59,974 nt of DNA from Actinomycetes bacterium (lineage in GTDB: Bacteria; Actinomycetota; Actinomycetes; S36-B12; UBA5976), in assembly GCA_037137575.1 (NCBI GenBank), contig JBAXKB010000005.1, positions 1 through 59,974 on the forward strand. Direction: 5' to 3'. Position 1 is the first letter of the stretch. Each line of letters begins with the position of its first letter. Made by a program: the position numbers and the translations under genes. The notes below the pieces were generated by a model. That model was not told where the DNA came from. It ran no database searches and saw nothing but the letters and a program-made list of their open reading frames with translations. Shown here piece by piece: positions 41,908-50,980 of the stretch.

Positions 41908-43202
41908 CCTCAACTCTGCTGTTTATTTCTGCGGCAATCTGTGTAGTCATTTCAGGCATTTTTGTTGCCGCCGAAACCGCGCTAGCCCGTGTTAGCAAAA
42001 CGGGAATTGAGCAGGCAAAACGCAAAGGTAATCGCAAAGCAGAACGTGTACTTCATATGCTTGAAGACCGCGCTCGCTATGTGAATGTGTTGCTATTCGT
42101 AAATCTGACATTGTCTACTTTGTCGGTAGTACTTGTAGCTGCTGGATTCTTGTTTATAAATCCAAAACTTAGTGTGGCATTGGCATTGGCTTTAGCTTCG
42201 GTTGTCATGGTTTTTGTTGGCTACATAATTCTTGGAGTAACCGCGCAAACTCTTGGTCGCCAGCGGGCCGAGCGCATCGCACTCTTTATGGCCCGACCTA
42301 CAGTTGGATTGACTTTACTTCTTAGTCCGCTTACCCGCCTTTTGATTCTGGTTGGCAACGCCATCACCCCTGGTAAAGGTTTTCGTGAAGGCCCGTTCGC
42401 AACGCAAGCTGAATTGCGCGAGTTAGTTGATTTAGCTGGCGCTGACTTAGTTATTGAAGATGACGAGCGGGCCATGATTCACTCAGTATTTGAACTTGGC
42501 GACACCGTTGCTCGCGAAGTGATGGTTCCACGTACTGAAATGGTTTGGATTGAACAACACAAGACCCTGCGCCAGGCCATGTCACTTGCTCTTCGTTCAG
42601 GCTTTTCGCGCATTCCTGTTATCGGCGAGAGCGTTGACGACATCGTTGGCGTGATCTATGTAAAAGATATTGCCGGTCGCATATTTGAACACAATGATGC
42701 GCAAACCTCAGAGCGAGTAAGCGATTTGATGCGACCAGCATTTATGGTGCCCGACAGTAGGCCAGTTGATGAGTTGCTAAGTGACATGCAATTAGCTCGT
42801 ACTCATTTGGTTGTGCTGGTTGACGAATATGGGGGCACAGCAGGAATGGTCACCATTGAAGATGTCCTTGAAGAAATTGTTGGTGACATTTCAGACGAGT
42901 TCGATGTTGCAGGACCGGATATTGAAAAGATTTCAGATCATGAATATCGAGTCAGTTCAAGATTGCACATCGATGACCTAGCTGAACTTATTGGTGAAGA
43001 AATTGCGGATGAAGGTGTCGATACCGCAGCAGGGGTTTTGGCCAAGCGCCTTGGGATTGTGCCAATCCCTGGTGCACATGTAAGAATTAACAATTGGACC
43101 TTGACTGCAGAGTCTGCAGCAGGTCGTCGCCATCGCATCGGCACCTTGTTGGTGGCCCGTGACGAAAATCTTGGAAAAAAGCAGGAATCTGAAAATGAGT
43201 GA
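41904..43202 (+). CDS. CNNM/DUF21 - CBS pair - CorC_HlyC domain membrane protein (hemolysin-family)
   Basis: GTGA overlap with ybeY. Four N-terminal TM helices, a CBS pair, and a C-terminal transporter-associated domain, 432 aa. Confidence 0.88.
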   Translation: MTSTLLFISAAICVVISGIFVAAETALARVSKTGIEQAKRKGNRKAERVLHMLEDRARYVNVLLFVNLTLSTLSVVLVAAGFLFINPKLSVALALALASVVMVFVGYIILGVTAQTLGRQRAERIALFMARPTVGLTLLLSPLTRLLILVGNAITPGKGFREGPFATQAELRELVDLAGADLVIEDDERAMIHSVFELGDTVAREVMVPRTEMVWIEQHKTLRQAMSLALRSGFSRIPVIGESVDDIVGVIYVKDIAGRIFEHNDAQTSERVSDLMRPAFMVPDSRPVDELLSDMQLARTHLVVLVDEYGGTAGMVTIEDVLEEIVGDISDEFDVAGPDIEKISDHEYRVSSRLHIDDLAELIGEEIADEGVDTAAGVLAKRLGIVPIPGAHVRINNWTLTAESAAGRRHRIGTLLVARDENLGKKQESENE

Positions 43203-43536
43203 GTGGACAACAGAGGATGACAAACTAGTCACCTTGGCTCGTGGAGCCAGAGCGCGTGTTAGTGCCGAAAGTGGCGCAGCACTTCGCGACACCACTGGGC
43301 GCACTTACTCCGGCACAAATGTGAATCGTGGGCCGTTATCTTTTACCGCAATCGAGTTGGTTGTGGCGCAGGCGATATCATCTGGGTCCACTGGAATTGA
43401 AGCGGTGGTAGTTGTCGCGGATGATGTTTTGGTAACCACTAATGACATTGACGTGCTCGAAGCAGTTGCTGGCGTGGGCATTCCGGTGCACGTGGTTGAC
43501 AATGCTGGCGCATTGTTGCGGACTCTTTATTCATGA
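43195..43536 (+). CDS. cytidine-deaminase-fold protein lacking the Zn-ligand motifs
   Basis: The ATG at 43195 overlaps the upstream stop by 8 nt. 113 aa, aligning by eye to small tetrameric CDA, but the C/H-A-E and PCxxC cysteines are absent. Conserved position before era. Confidence 0.6.
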   Translation: MSEWTTEDDKLVTLARGARARVSAESGAALRDTTGRTYSGTNVNRGPLSFTAIELVVAQAISSGSTGIEAVVVVADDVLVTTNDIDVLEAVAGVGIPVHVVDNAGALLRTLYS

Positions 43537-44450
43537 GTGATTTTTGCAGTGGTTTTGCCTGCTTTGTTGGTCGACCAAATGTTGGCAAGTCCACACTCAC
43601 TAACGCATTAGTGGGTCAAAAAGTAGCAATCACCTCAGATAAGCCGCAAACCACTCGGCATGTAATTCGTGGCATTGTGCACCGCCCCGATGCTCAATTG
43701 GTACTAGTCGATACTCCCGGCGTTCATCGCCCACGCACTTTGTTGGGTGAGCGCCTCAATGCCTTGGTATCAGATACTTGGTCTGAAGTAGATGTTGTCG
43801 CGATGTGTTTTCCAGCAGATGAACCAATTGGACCTGGCGATTTATTCATCGCTACTGAGTTGGCGAGCGTGCCACGAGTTAAAAAGTTTGCAGTAATTAC
43901 CAAAACAGATCGTGCCACAAAGCAGCAGATTGGTGAACAGTTACTAGCGGTTTCCGAACTTGGCGTAAAACTTGGTATTGATTGGGTGCACGTAGTCCCA
44001 GTAAGCGCAGTTGCAAATGACCAAGTTACGTTACTTTGCGACTTGTTAGTGGGGCAACTGCCTGCGGGTGAGGCACTTTATCCTGATGGCGAATTAACGG
44101 ATGAGCCAGAGCGGGTAATGATTGCGGAATTCGTTCGCGAGGCGGCTCTTGAAGGTGTGCGCGATGAATTGCCGCACTCGATCGCGGTAGTAGTGGAAGA
44201 AATGGAATTACGCTCAGGTCGCCCGGCCGATAAGCCATTAATGGATGTTTATGTTCACATTTATGTTGAACGCGAAAGTCAAAAGCATATTGTCATCGGC
44301 AAGGGCGGAAGTCGACTTAAAGAAGTTGGTATCACGGCGCGTGAATCCATCAGTAAATTGTTAGGCGTGCAAGTGCATCTAGATATCAGAGTGAAAATTG
44401 CAAAAGATTGGCAGCGCGATCCAAAGCAGTTACAACGCCTCGGCTTCTAA
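43533..44450 (+). CDS. era: GTPase Era
   Basis: ATGA overlap with the upstream gene. G1 motif GRPNVGKST, DTPG, TKTD, and a C-terminal KH domain, 305 aa. Confidence 0.95.
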   Translation: MSDFCSGFACFVGRPNVGKSTLTNALVGQKVAITSDKPQTTRHVIRGIVHRPDAQLVLVDTPGVHRPRTLLGERLNALVSDTWSEVDVVAMCFPADEPIGPGDLFIATELASVPRVKKFAVITKTDRATKQQIGEQLLAVSELGVKLGIDWVHVVPVSAVANDQVTLLCDLLVGQLPAGEALYPDGELTDEPERVMIAEFVREAALEGVRDELPHSIAVVVEEMELRSGRPADKPLMDVYVHIYVERESQKHIVIGKGGSRLKEVGITARESISKLLGVQVHLDIRVKIAKDWQRDPKQLQRLGF

Positions 44451-45587
44451 TTCTTCTAACGCCTGCGTTTCATGTAACTGCGGAATCAACTCATAACGGT
44501 TTCCGTATGTATCGACTGCCGCCACCAAAACAGCTGCCAGTGGGATTGAAATTACTGCGCCCATTGGGCCAAAGAGGTTAGCGAACACAATCACGGATCC
44601 GAATGCAATTGCTGGATGTATGTTCATGGTCATCTGACTGATTCTTGGACTTAACACGTAATTCTCTACTTGTTGCCAAATGACTGCAAAAGTCATTACC
44701 CAGAGCGCATCAAGTGGTTGGTTGAAGAACGCCACAAGCATCGGAATCATAATTGCGAGGTAGGTGCCGATTGTTGGAATGAACTGACTCACAAGACCGG
44801 TAATCAATGCCATGGCTAACCAGTAAGGAACTCCGATAGTTGCAAAGAAGATAGCGTGAACTGTGAAAGAAAATGCAGCCAAAATAACTTTTGACATTAC
44901 AAAGCCGCCAGTTTTCTGCACAGCTAGATCCCAGGTAGTTACAAAGACTTCTTGCGCTGAAGGCGAGAGCCAAGATCCGATGACTCGGCGAAGCCTGGGT
45001 CCATCTGCGCAGAAGTAGAAAGCAAATAGCAATGCTGTCATCACTTGAAAGAGCCCACCGATAATGGAAGTGAGGAAACCTACAACTCCACCAGAAAAAT
45101 TAGAGGTCCAACTAGCTAGTTGAGCCGGAGTTACGTTTAATGAGCTAATTACGTTTTGTGAATTTAGGTCTAAGTTAAATGCGTCGTTTACCCACTTGAC
45201 TGCGTCAGTGATCACACTTGGCAAAGAACTAATAAATTGCACGCACTGACTGAACAACACGCTGCCAAATACCGCGATAAATCCAGAAAAAGCAAGCACT
45301 ACCGCAAACATCACGAGCCCAGTTGCGCTACCGCGCCTCCAACCTCGCTTGGCTAAAGCGCCAACGGGTGGATCCATTGCGATTGAGAACAACCAAGCAA
45401 GCAGCATTAGGAATAGAAAATTGCCGTTACTTTTGAAAACCCATAGTCCAATAGAAACAATGCCAAGCCACAATGTAATGGTGCGCAGTGAACGATTGAG
45501 GCCGTTTCGGTCAAGAGAAATGGTCATCACATGAGAATGCCCATCATTTCTGGGTTCAGATGTGTCTGGGGTTTCTTTTAATGCCAT
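44430..45587 (-). CDS. AI-2E family transporter (PerM/UPF0118)
   Basis: Polytopic membrane protein of about 385 aa. The ATG at 45587 (MALKETPD) is preferred; the ORF track extends to 45692, which would run across the recO start. Confidence 0.75.
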   Translation of the reverse strand: MALKETPDTSEPRNDGHSHVMTISLDRNGLNRSLRTITLWLGIVSIGLWVFKSNGNFLFLMLLAWLFSIAMDPPVGALAKRGWRRGSATGLVMFAVVLAFSGFIAVFGSVLFSQCVQFISSLPSVITDAVKWVNDAFNLDLNSQNVISSLNVTPAQLASWTSNFSGGVVGFLTSIIGGLFQVMTALLFAFYFCADGPRLRRVIGSWLSPSAQEVFVTTWDLAVQKTGGFVMSKVILAAFSFTVHAIFFATIGVPYWLAMALITGLVSQFIPTIGTYLAIMIPMLVAFFNQPLDALWVMTFAVIWQQVENYVLSPRISQMTMNIHPAIAFGSVIVFANLFGPMGAVISIPLAAVLVAAVDTYGNRYELIPQLHETQALEELEAEAL

Positions 45588-45594
45588 GTCTCTA

Positions 45595-45600
45595 ACGCTA
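45595..45600 (-). promoter_or_regulatory. -10 TAGCGT, leaderless geometry for the AI-2E transporter
   Basis: The minus strand reads TAGCGT, then 7 nt, then ATG (45587). Confidence 0.4.
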
Positions 45601-45650
45601 ATGCATGAAGCCTGTGCAAGTTCGGAGCAAACGCATGACACGATAGGACT

Positions 45651-46382
45651 GTGCGAAATTATCGGGTTGAGGCTATCGTTCTTCGTACGCACAAATTAGG
45701 TGAAGCAGATCGCATCATTACCTTGCTCACTCGGGAAAAAGGCAAGATTCGTGCTGTTGCTAAAGGGGTCCGGCGCACTAGGAGTAAATTTGGCGCAAGG
45801 CTAGAGCCACTTAGCCGGGTCGAATTATTTATTGCACCTGGCAAGAACTTAGACATAATCACGCAAGCCGAAACTTTAAATGTTTATGGTGAAGCGTTGG
45901 TTCTCGATTACCCACTGTGGACTATTGGGCAAACCATCTTGGAAACTGCAGATCGTATCGCCTCAGAAGAATCGGTTCCGGCCGAAACTCAGTACCTGCT
46001 ACTAGTTGGCGCGCTGCGTTCTTTGACTGAAAAAGAGCACGACGGAATGTTAGTGCTTAACGCGTACCTACTTCGAGCTCTCTCACTTGCTGGTTACGCT
46101 GCAGCTTTAAACCAATGCGCGATTTGTGGTTTGCCTGGTACCCAACCATTCTTTAATGTCCCAACTGGTGGCGCTTTGTGTTCAGATCACAGGCAACCAG
46201 GAAGCGTTGCACCGAAGGCAGAATCAATCGAATTATTACTGGCTTTGTTACAGGGAGACTGGAATCTGGCCGATAACGCAACGCAAGCCGAGGTTCGTGA
46301 AGCATCTGGGCTGATCGCTGCCTACACGCAGTGGCATCTTGAACGTGGGCTACGTTCCTTGCCACTAGTTGACCGCCAGTAA
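45651..46382 (+). CDS. recO: DNA repair protein RecO
   Basis: The N-terminal OB fold (EAIVLRTHKLGEADRIITLLTREKGKIRAVAKG) and a Zn motif (CAICG...C) are present, 243 aa, GTG start. Confidence 0.92.
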   Translation: MRNYRVEAIVLRTHKLGEADRIITLLTREKGKIRAVAKGVRRTRSKFGARLEPLSRVELFIAPGKNLDIITQAETLNVYGEALVLDYPLWTIGQTILETADRIASEESVPAETQYLLLVGALRSLTEKEHDGMLVLNAYLLRALSLAGYAAALNQCAICGLPGTQPFFNVPTGGALCSDHRQPGSVAPKAESIELLLALLQGDWNLADNATQAEVREASGLIAAYTQWHLERGLRSLPLVDRQ

Positions 46383-46407
46383 CAGTATTCATGGCAAGAT
46401 GTAGGAC

Positions 46408-47193
46408 ATGGTTCTAAAACCAACTGCCCACCCAAGTGGGGCGAAGTCTCCAAAAATCCCGAGCCAGTTTGTGCCAGATCATGTCGCCATTGTGATGGAT
46501 GGTAATGGTCGTTGGGCTAAAGAGCGCGGACTTCCTAGAACCGCGGGTCACGAAGCTGGCGAAGCAAGTTTGCTTGACTGCGTGCATGGCGCATTAGAAC
46601 TTGGAATCAAGAATATTTCTGCCTACGCATTCTCAACTGAGAATTGGCGCAGGTCGCCAGAAGAAGTTCGGTTCCTGATGAATTTCAACCGGGAAGTGAT
46701 TCGCCGTCGCAGAGATGAAATGAATGACTTAGGTGTTCGAATTCGCTGGGTGGGCCGGCGACCAAAGCTTTGGAAATCGGTAATCGAAGAACTTGAAGCC
46801 GCTGAAGAATTAACCAAGAAAAATCGCAATTTAACTCTGTACATGTGCGTCAACTATGGTGGCCGAGCCGAAATTGTCGATGCAGTGCAACGAATCGCCA
46901 AAGAAGTGGCAACTGGGAAAATGGATCCCGACAAAATCTCAGAAAAGTCTATTAAGCGCCAACTAGATGAACCTGACATGCCAGATGTTGATTTGTTTAT
47001 TCGCTCAAGTGGCGAACAACGAATGAGCAATTTCTTACTATGGCAAAGCGCTTATGCCGAAATGGTCTTCTTGCCAACACTTTGGCCAGATTTTGACCGC
47101 CGGCATCTTTGGCAAGCCTGTGAAATTTATGCTTCTCGTGATCGCAGATTTGGCGGGGCAGTACCCAATGAAACTAGTGATGTGCCAAGTTAA
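46408..47193 (+). CDS. uppS: cis-prenyltransferase (undecaprenyl/decaprenyl diphosphate synthase family)
   Basis: [13 protein letters not shown] and [17 protein letters not shown] motifs, 261 aa, after recO. Confidence 0.93.
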   Translation: MVLKPTAHPSGAKSPKIPSQFVPDHVAIVMDGNGRWAKERGLPRTAGHEAGEASLLDCVHGALELGIKNISAYAFSTENWRRSPEEVRFLMNFNREVIRRRRDEMNDLGVRIRWVGRRPKLWKSVIEELEAAEELTKKNRNLTLYMCVNYGGRAEIVDAVQRIAKEVATGKMDPDKISEKSIKRQLDEPDMPDVDLFIRSSGEQRMSNFLLWQSAYAEMVFLPTLWPDFDRRHLWQACEIYASRDRRFGGAVPNETSDVPS

Positions 47194-47935
47194 TAATTAA
47201 GAACATCACTAACACGCCAGTAATCGTGCTAACCAAAGTCAAGCGTGATGGATGTTTGCTGTGTGCTTCGGGCAAAATGTGGGAAGTTGCCAGGTAAATC
47301 AGCATTCCAGCAAAAAGTGCTAGGTATAGCGAAACAAAACGGTCACTTATTAATACGTAGGTACCAAAAGCAGCGCCACTAAGTCGGGCAACGCCATCTA
47401 CCGCTAGTAAGTAAATCGACTGCTTTTTCCAATTGCCAGTATTAACGAGCAAGGCAACCGTGTTTAGTCCATCGGTGAATGCGTGAGCTACCACCGCAAT
47501 TGCTACTGCGACACCTAGCGCATTACTTACTTGGAATGAAAGTCCAACAGCAACACCGTCAAGGAACACATGTACCACCATGGCAGCAGCGCCGATGTAG
47601 CCGGTGGTTATTCCGTGGCTGTGTTGATGGTCGTGCACATATTCAGTTTCTACTGGTTCATGCGCACCAGAAATCTGCTCAATTACGTGCAGTAGTAAAA
47701 ATCCGACTACCACGCAGACCATCACTGTTGGCACTTTAAATAGTTGTTCGTTGCTTAGTGAAAAAACTTCAGGAATGAGGTCAAATGCTGCCAGGCCAAG
47801 TAGGAGCCCGCCAGAAAAACCAAGAAGCAAGTGCATCTTGTCTCTGGTGCGAAGTGCAAGTAGCCCACCAAGTGCTGTGCCCAGCACAGTGATAAAGGCA
47901 ACTGCAATGCCGAGGTAATTCACGTTAGACGCCAT
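47174..47935 (-). CDS. ZIP family divalent metal transporter (ZupT-like)
   Basis: Eight TM helices, a His-rich loop ([11 protein letters not shown]), and a conserved HxxxDG motif ([10 protein letters not shown]), 253 aa. Confidence 0.82.
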   Translation of the reverse strand: MASNVNYLGIAVAFITVLGTALGGLLALRTRDKMHLLLGFSGGLLLGLAAFDLIPEVFSLSNEQLFKVPTVMVCVVVGFLLLHVIEQISGAHEPVETEYVHDHQHSHGITTGYIGAAAMVVHVFLDGVAVGLSFQVSNALGVAVAIAVVAHAFTDGLNTVALLVNTGNWKKQSIYLLAVDGVARLSGAAFGTYVLISDRFVSLYLALFAGMLIYLATSHILPEAHSKHPSRLTLVSTITGVLVMFLIINLAHH

Positions 47936-47941
47936 GGCTTA

Positions 47942-47947
47942 AGCGTA
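47942..47947 (-). promoter_or_regulatory. -10 TACGCT, leaderless geometry for the ZIP transporter
   Basis: The minus strand reads TACGCT, then 6 nt, then ATG (47935). Confidence 0.4.
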
Positions 47948-47961
47948 GCGGATTAAGCATG

Positions 47962-47989
47962 TATCACTGGAAATTTGTACTTAGTGATA
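47962..47989. promoter_or_regulatory. inverted repeat TATCACT-N14-AGTGATA (candidate operator)
   Basis: Perfect 7-bp arms in the 61-bp divergent ZIP/ABM spacer. The left arm covers the expected -35 position of the ZIP promoter. Confidence 0.3.
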
Positions 47990-47996
47990 ACTCTGG

Positions 47997-48347
47997 TTGA
48001 CTATCTCTATGGTGGATCAACCTTTTAGGTCGCAGTGGTCATTCGATGTAGTGAACTACGCCGCTTGGCGTGCACAACTGGCAGAGGTCCAAAATGTCTT
48101 GCAGCAGTCCGCTGGTTTTGTGAATTTGCAGCTACTGCATTCTCCTGATCAAGTCGATAGATACTTAGTTCAGTCCACCTGGAAAGATGTTGGCTCATAT
48201 CGCCGAGCAACATCGGCTACGGCAGCGAAACTTGTAGTTTGGCCATTTCTAGCAAACATGATTGAGCTACCGAGCATTTTTGAAACTCTCCTTGAGGTAA
48301 CTGCCGATAGTTCTGTGGAATATGTATCAAGTGTTAGTGAGAGTTAG
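47997..48347 (+). CDS. small ABM (antibiotic biosynthesis monooxygenase)-like protein
   Basis: About 112-116 aa with a dimeric alpha/beta-barrel-like pattern (..LLHSPDQVDRYLVQSTWKDVGSYR..). The start is ambiguous between TTG 47997 and ATG 48009. The family call is weak. Confidence 0.4.
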   Translation: MTISMVDQPFRSQWSFDVVNYAAWRAQLAEVQNVLQQSAGFVNLQLLHSPDQVDRYLVQSTWKDVGSYRRATSATAAKLVVWPFLANMIELPSIFETLLEVTADSSVEYVSSVSES

Positions 48348-48363
48348 AACCAACTGCTCCCGA

Positions 48364-48369
48364 TAGACT
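48364..48369 (+). promoter_or_regulatory. candidate -10 (TAGACT) for glyQS
   Basis: A TANNNT hexamer lies 34 nt upstream of the first in-frame ATG. Confidence 0.35.
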
Positions 48370-48402
48370 AATGACTCTGGGCGCCGGCAACCAGTCGGCG
48401 AC

Positions 48403-49800
48403 ATGATTGAATGTAGAGAACTCATGGATCGCGTAGATGCAGTAGTAAGCCTTTCCAAGCGCCGCGGATTTGTTTTTCCGTGTAGTGAAATTTATGGCGG
48501 TACCCGCTCAGCTTGGGATTACGGACCTTTAGGTGTTGAACTCAAAGAGAATGTTCGTCGCCAATGGTGGCGCACTATGGTGCAGGCGCGTGAAGATGTA
48601 GTTGGTCTCGACTCATCTGTCATTTTGTCGCCGCAGGTTTGGGCAGCATCGGGCCATCTTGAAGCTTTCGTAGATCCACTAACCGAGTGCATGGCGTGCC
48701 ACAAGCGGTTCCGTGAAGATCACTTGATTGAAGAATTCACTGAGCGAAAGGGCCGCGAACCTGAAGGCGGATTAGCTGGTATTCCTTGCCCGAATTGTGG
48801 CGGTAAAGGTCAGTTCACTGAACCAAAAATGTTCAACGGCTTGCTATCAACACACCTAGGTCCAGTAGTGGACGATAACTCAAAGCATTACCTGCGCCCA
48901 GAAACCGCACAGGGTATTTTTGTTAATTACGCCAACGTTGCAGCGTCGTCCCGTAAAAAGCCACCGTTTGGTATTGGCCAAACAGGCAAGTCGTTCCGTA
49001 ACGAAATCACGCCAGGAAACTTCATTTTCCGAACGCGCGAATTCGAACAGATGGAAATGGAATTCTTTGTTCCACCAGGCACGGATGAACAGTGGCATGA
49101 TTACTGGCTCGAGCAGCGTTGGAACTGGTACATCGATCTTGGGTTGTCTGCAGATAACTTGCGTTACTTTGAACATCCAAAAGAAAAGCTTTCCCATTAT
49201 TCAAAGCGCACTGTGGATATTGAATACCGGTTCCAGTTTGGCGGAAGTGAATTCGCTGAACTTGAAGGTATTGCCAATCGCACAGACTTTGACTTGAAGA
49301 CACACATGGAGCACTCGGGTAAAGATTTGTCGTTCTTCGATCAGGAAACTGGCGAAAAGTACATTCCATTTGTGATTGAGCCAGCCGCTGGATTAACTCG
49401 CGCTGTCTTCGCATTCTTACTTGAGGCTTATGACGAAGATCAGGCACCTAACACAAAGGGTGGCGTTGATACTCGAGTTGTTATGCGATTTGATCCTCGC
49501 CTTGCCCCTGTTAAAGCCGCAGTGCTTCCGCTTTCTCGAAACTCAGATCTGAGCCCTAAGGCTCGCGATTTAGCAACAGATTTGCGCAAGTACTGGAACA
49601 TTGAGTTTGATGATGCTGGCGCGATTGGTCGGCGCTACCGCCGTCAGGACGAAATTGGTACCCCGTTCTGTATCACTGTGGACTTTGACACTCTTGAAGA
49701 TAATGCAGTAACTGTCCGCGAACGCGACACAATGGCGCAGACTCGTATTTCACTAGATTCGCTACAAGGGTGGTTAGCGGCTCGACTGCCAGGCTGCTGA
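48403..49800 (+). CDS. glyQS: glycine--tRNA ligase (homodimeric class II)
   Basis: [26 protein letters not shown] signature plus class II motifs. The start may instead be the ATG at 48424. Confidence 0.93.
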   Translation: MIECRELMDRVDAVVSLSKRRGFVFPCSEIYGGTRSAWDYGPLGVELKENVRRQWWRTMVQAREDVVGLDSSVILSPQVWAASGHLEAFVDPLTECMACHKRFREDHLIEEFTERKGREPEGGLAGIPCPNCGGKGQFTEPKMFNGLLSTHLGPVVDDNSKHYLRPETAQGIFVNYANVAASSRKKPPFGIGQTGKSFRNEITPGNFIFRTREFEQMEMEFFVPPGTDEQWHDYWLEQRWNWYIDLGLSADNLRYFEHPKEKLSHYSKRTVDIEYRFQFGGSEFAELEGIANRTDFDLKTHMEHSGKDLSFFDQETGEKYIPFVIEPAAGLTRAVFAFLLEAYDEDQAPNTKGGVDTRVVMRFDPRLAPVKAAVLPLSRNSDLSPKARDLATDLRKYWNIEFDDAGAIGRRYRRQDEIGTPFCITVDFDTLEDNAVTVRERDTMAQTRISLDSLQGWLAARLPGC

Positions 49801-50966
49801 TGTTTGCAGACCTATTAGCAAGTGAACCCGTTATTGAGTTAGCTCCAATGGCTGGAATCACCAACCGAGCATTTCGTCGAGTCTGCCGAGAAGCGTCGCG
49901 CGATATCCGAACTTCGGCTGGGCAAACCGATAACGATGGCACAATTTATGTCGCCGAGATGACCACATCTATTGCGCTGCTCATGGGTAATCAAGAAACC
50001 CTAGATATCATTACCTTCGATTCAGATGAAGCACCGCGAAGCATCCAGCTTTATGGTGTGGATCCGGACATCGTGGGCCGTGCTGTCGCGATGGTGGTTG
50101 AACAAGATTTAGCCGATCACATTGACTTAAACTTTGGTTGCCCTGTGCCAAAAGTTACGCGTAAGGGTGGCGGAAGCGCATTGCCTTGGAAACGCGATTT
50201 ATTCGCAGGCATCGTAAATGCAGCAGTGAAAAATGCAGCTGGCAAAGTGCCCGTTACTGTGAAAATGCGCATTGGAATCGATGACGAACATCACACATTT
50301 TTAGATGCGGGCAAGATTGCAGCGAACGCCGGGGTTTATTGGGTTGCCTTACATGGTCGAACCGCAGCGCAGTACTACGGCGGTAATGCCGATTGGCAAG
50401 CGATCGCGCAACTTGTTGAGCACATCCCAAACACGCCAGTGCTAGGTAACGGTGATATCTGGAGCGCGGCTAATGCGCAAGAAATGATGGAACAAACTGG
50501 GGCCAGGGGAGTTGTAATTGGCCGCGGCTGTTTAGGGCGACCGTGGCTGTTCGGGCAAATTCGCTCTGCGTTCGCTGGTCTGCCAATTCCAGATGAACCA
50601 ACGGCAGATGTGATCTTGAATCTGCTGCGTCGGCATGCAGGTCTGCTGGCCACAATGCACAATGACGAATTTTATGGCTGTCGCGAAATGCGTAAACATA
50701 TGGCTTGGTACCTTAAAGGTTTAGTAGTTGGTAGTGAAGTTCGTGGCGCTATGGCAAAAATAGATTCTCTTTCTGAACTAGACGGCTTAATTGCAACGAT
50801 TGATCGAAATCAACAGTTAAGTAATGAAATTGCTCATTCGCCAAGAGGTCGCACGGCGCCAAGTCGTCGCGTGGTTCTTCCTGAAGGCTGGTTGGATTCC
50901 GACCAACTATCTGTGCAAGATCAGGCAGAAGTGCGCGAAGCAGAACTTAATGTCAGCGGTGGATGA
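49800..50966 (+). CDS. dus: tRNA-dihydrouridine synthase
   Basis: LAPMAGITNRAFR and NFGCP motifs with a TIM-barrel pattern. The ATG at 49800 shares one nt with the glyQS TGA; the ORF track opens at 49770. Confidence 0.9.
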   Translation: MFADLLASEPVIELAPMAGITNRAFRRVCREASRDIRTSAGQTDNDGTIYVAEMTTSIALLMGNQETLDIITFDSDEAPRSIQLYGVDPDIVGRAVAMVVEQDLADHIDLNFGCPVPKVTRKGGGSALPWKRDLFAGIVNAAVKNAAGKVPVTVKMRIGIDDEHHTFLDAGKIAANAGVYWVALHGRTAAQYYGGNADWQAIAQLVEHIPNTPVLGNGDIWSAANAQEMMEQTGARGVVIGRGCLGRPWLFGQIRSAFAGLPIPDEPTADVILNLLRRHAGLLATMHNDEFYGCREMRKHMAWYLKGLVVGSEVRGAMAKIDSLSELDGLIATIDRNQQLSNEIAHSPRGRTAPSRRVVLPEGWLDSDQLSVQDQAEVREAELNVSGG

Positions 50967-50980
50967 CGTAGCTATGTGGC

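Noticed and set aside
48371-48406. 11-codon uORF ([11 protein letters not shown]) ending in an ATGA overlap with the glyQS ORF start
   Set aside because: Its ATG begins only 1 nt after the TAGACT -10, so it would lie upstream of the predicted transcription start. It also has no SD.
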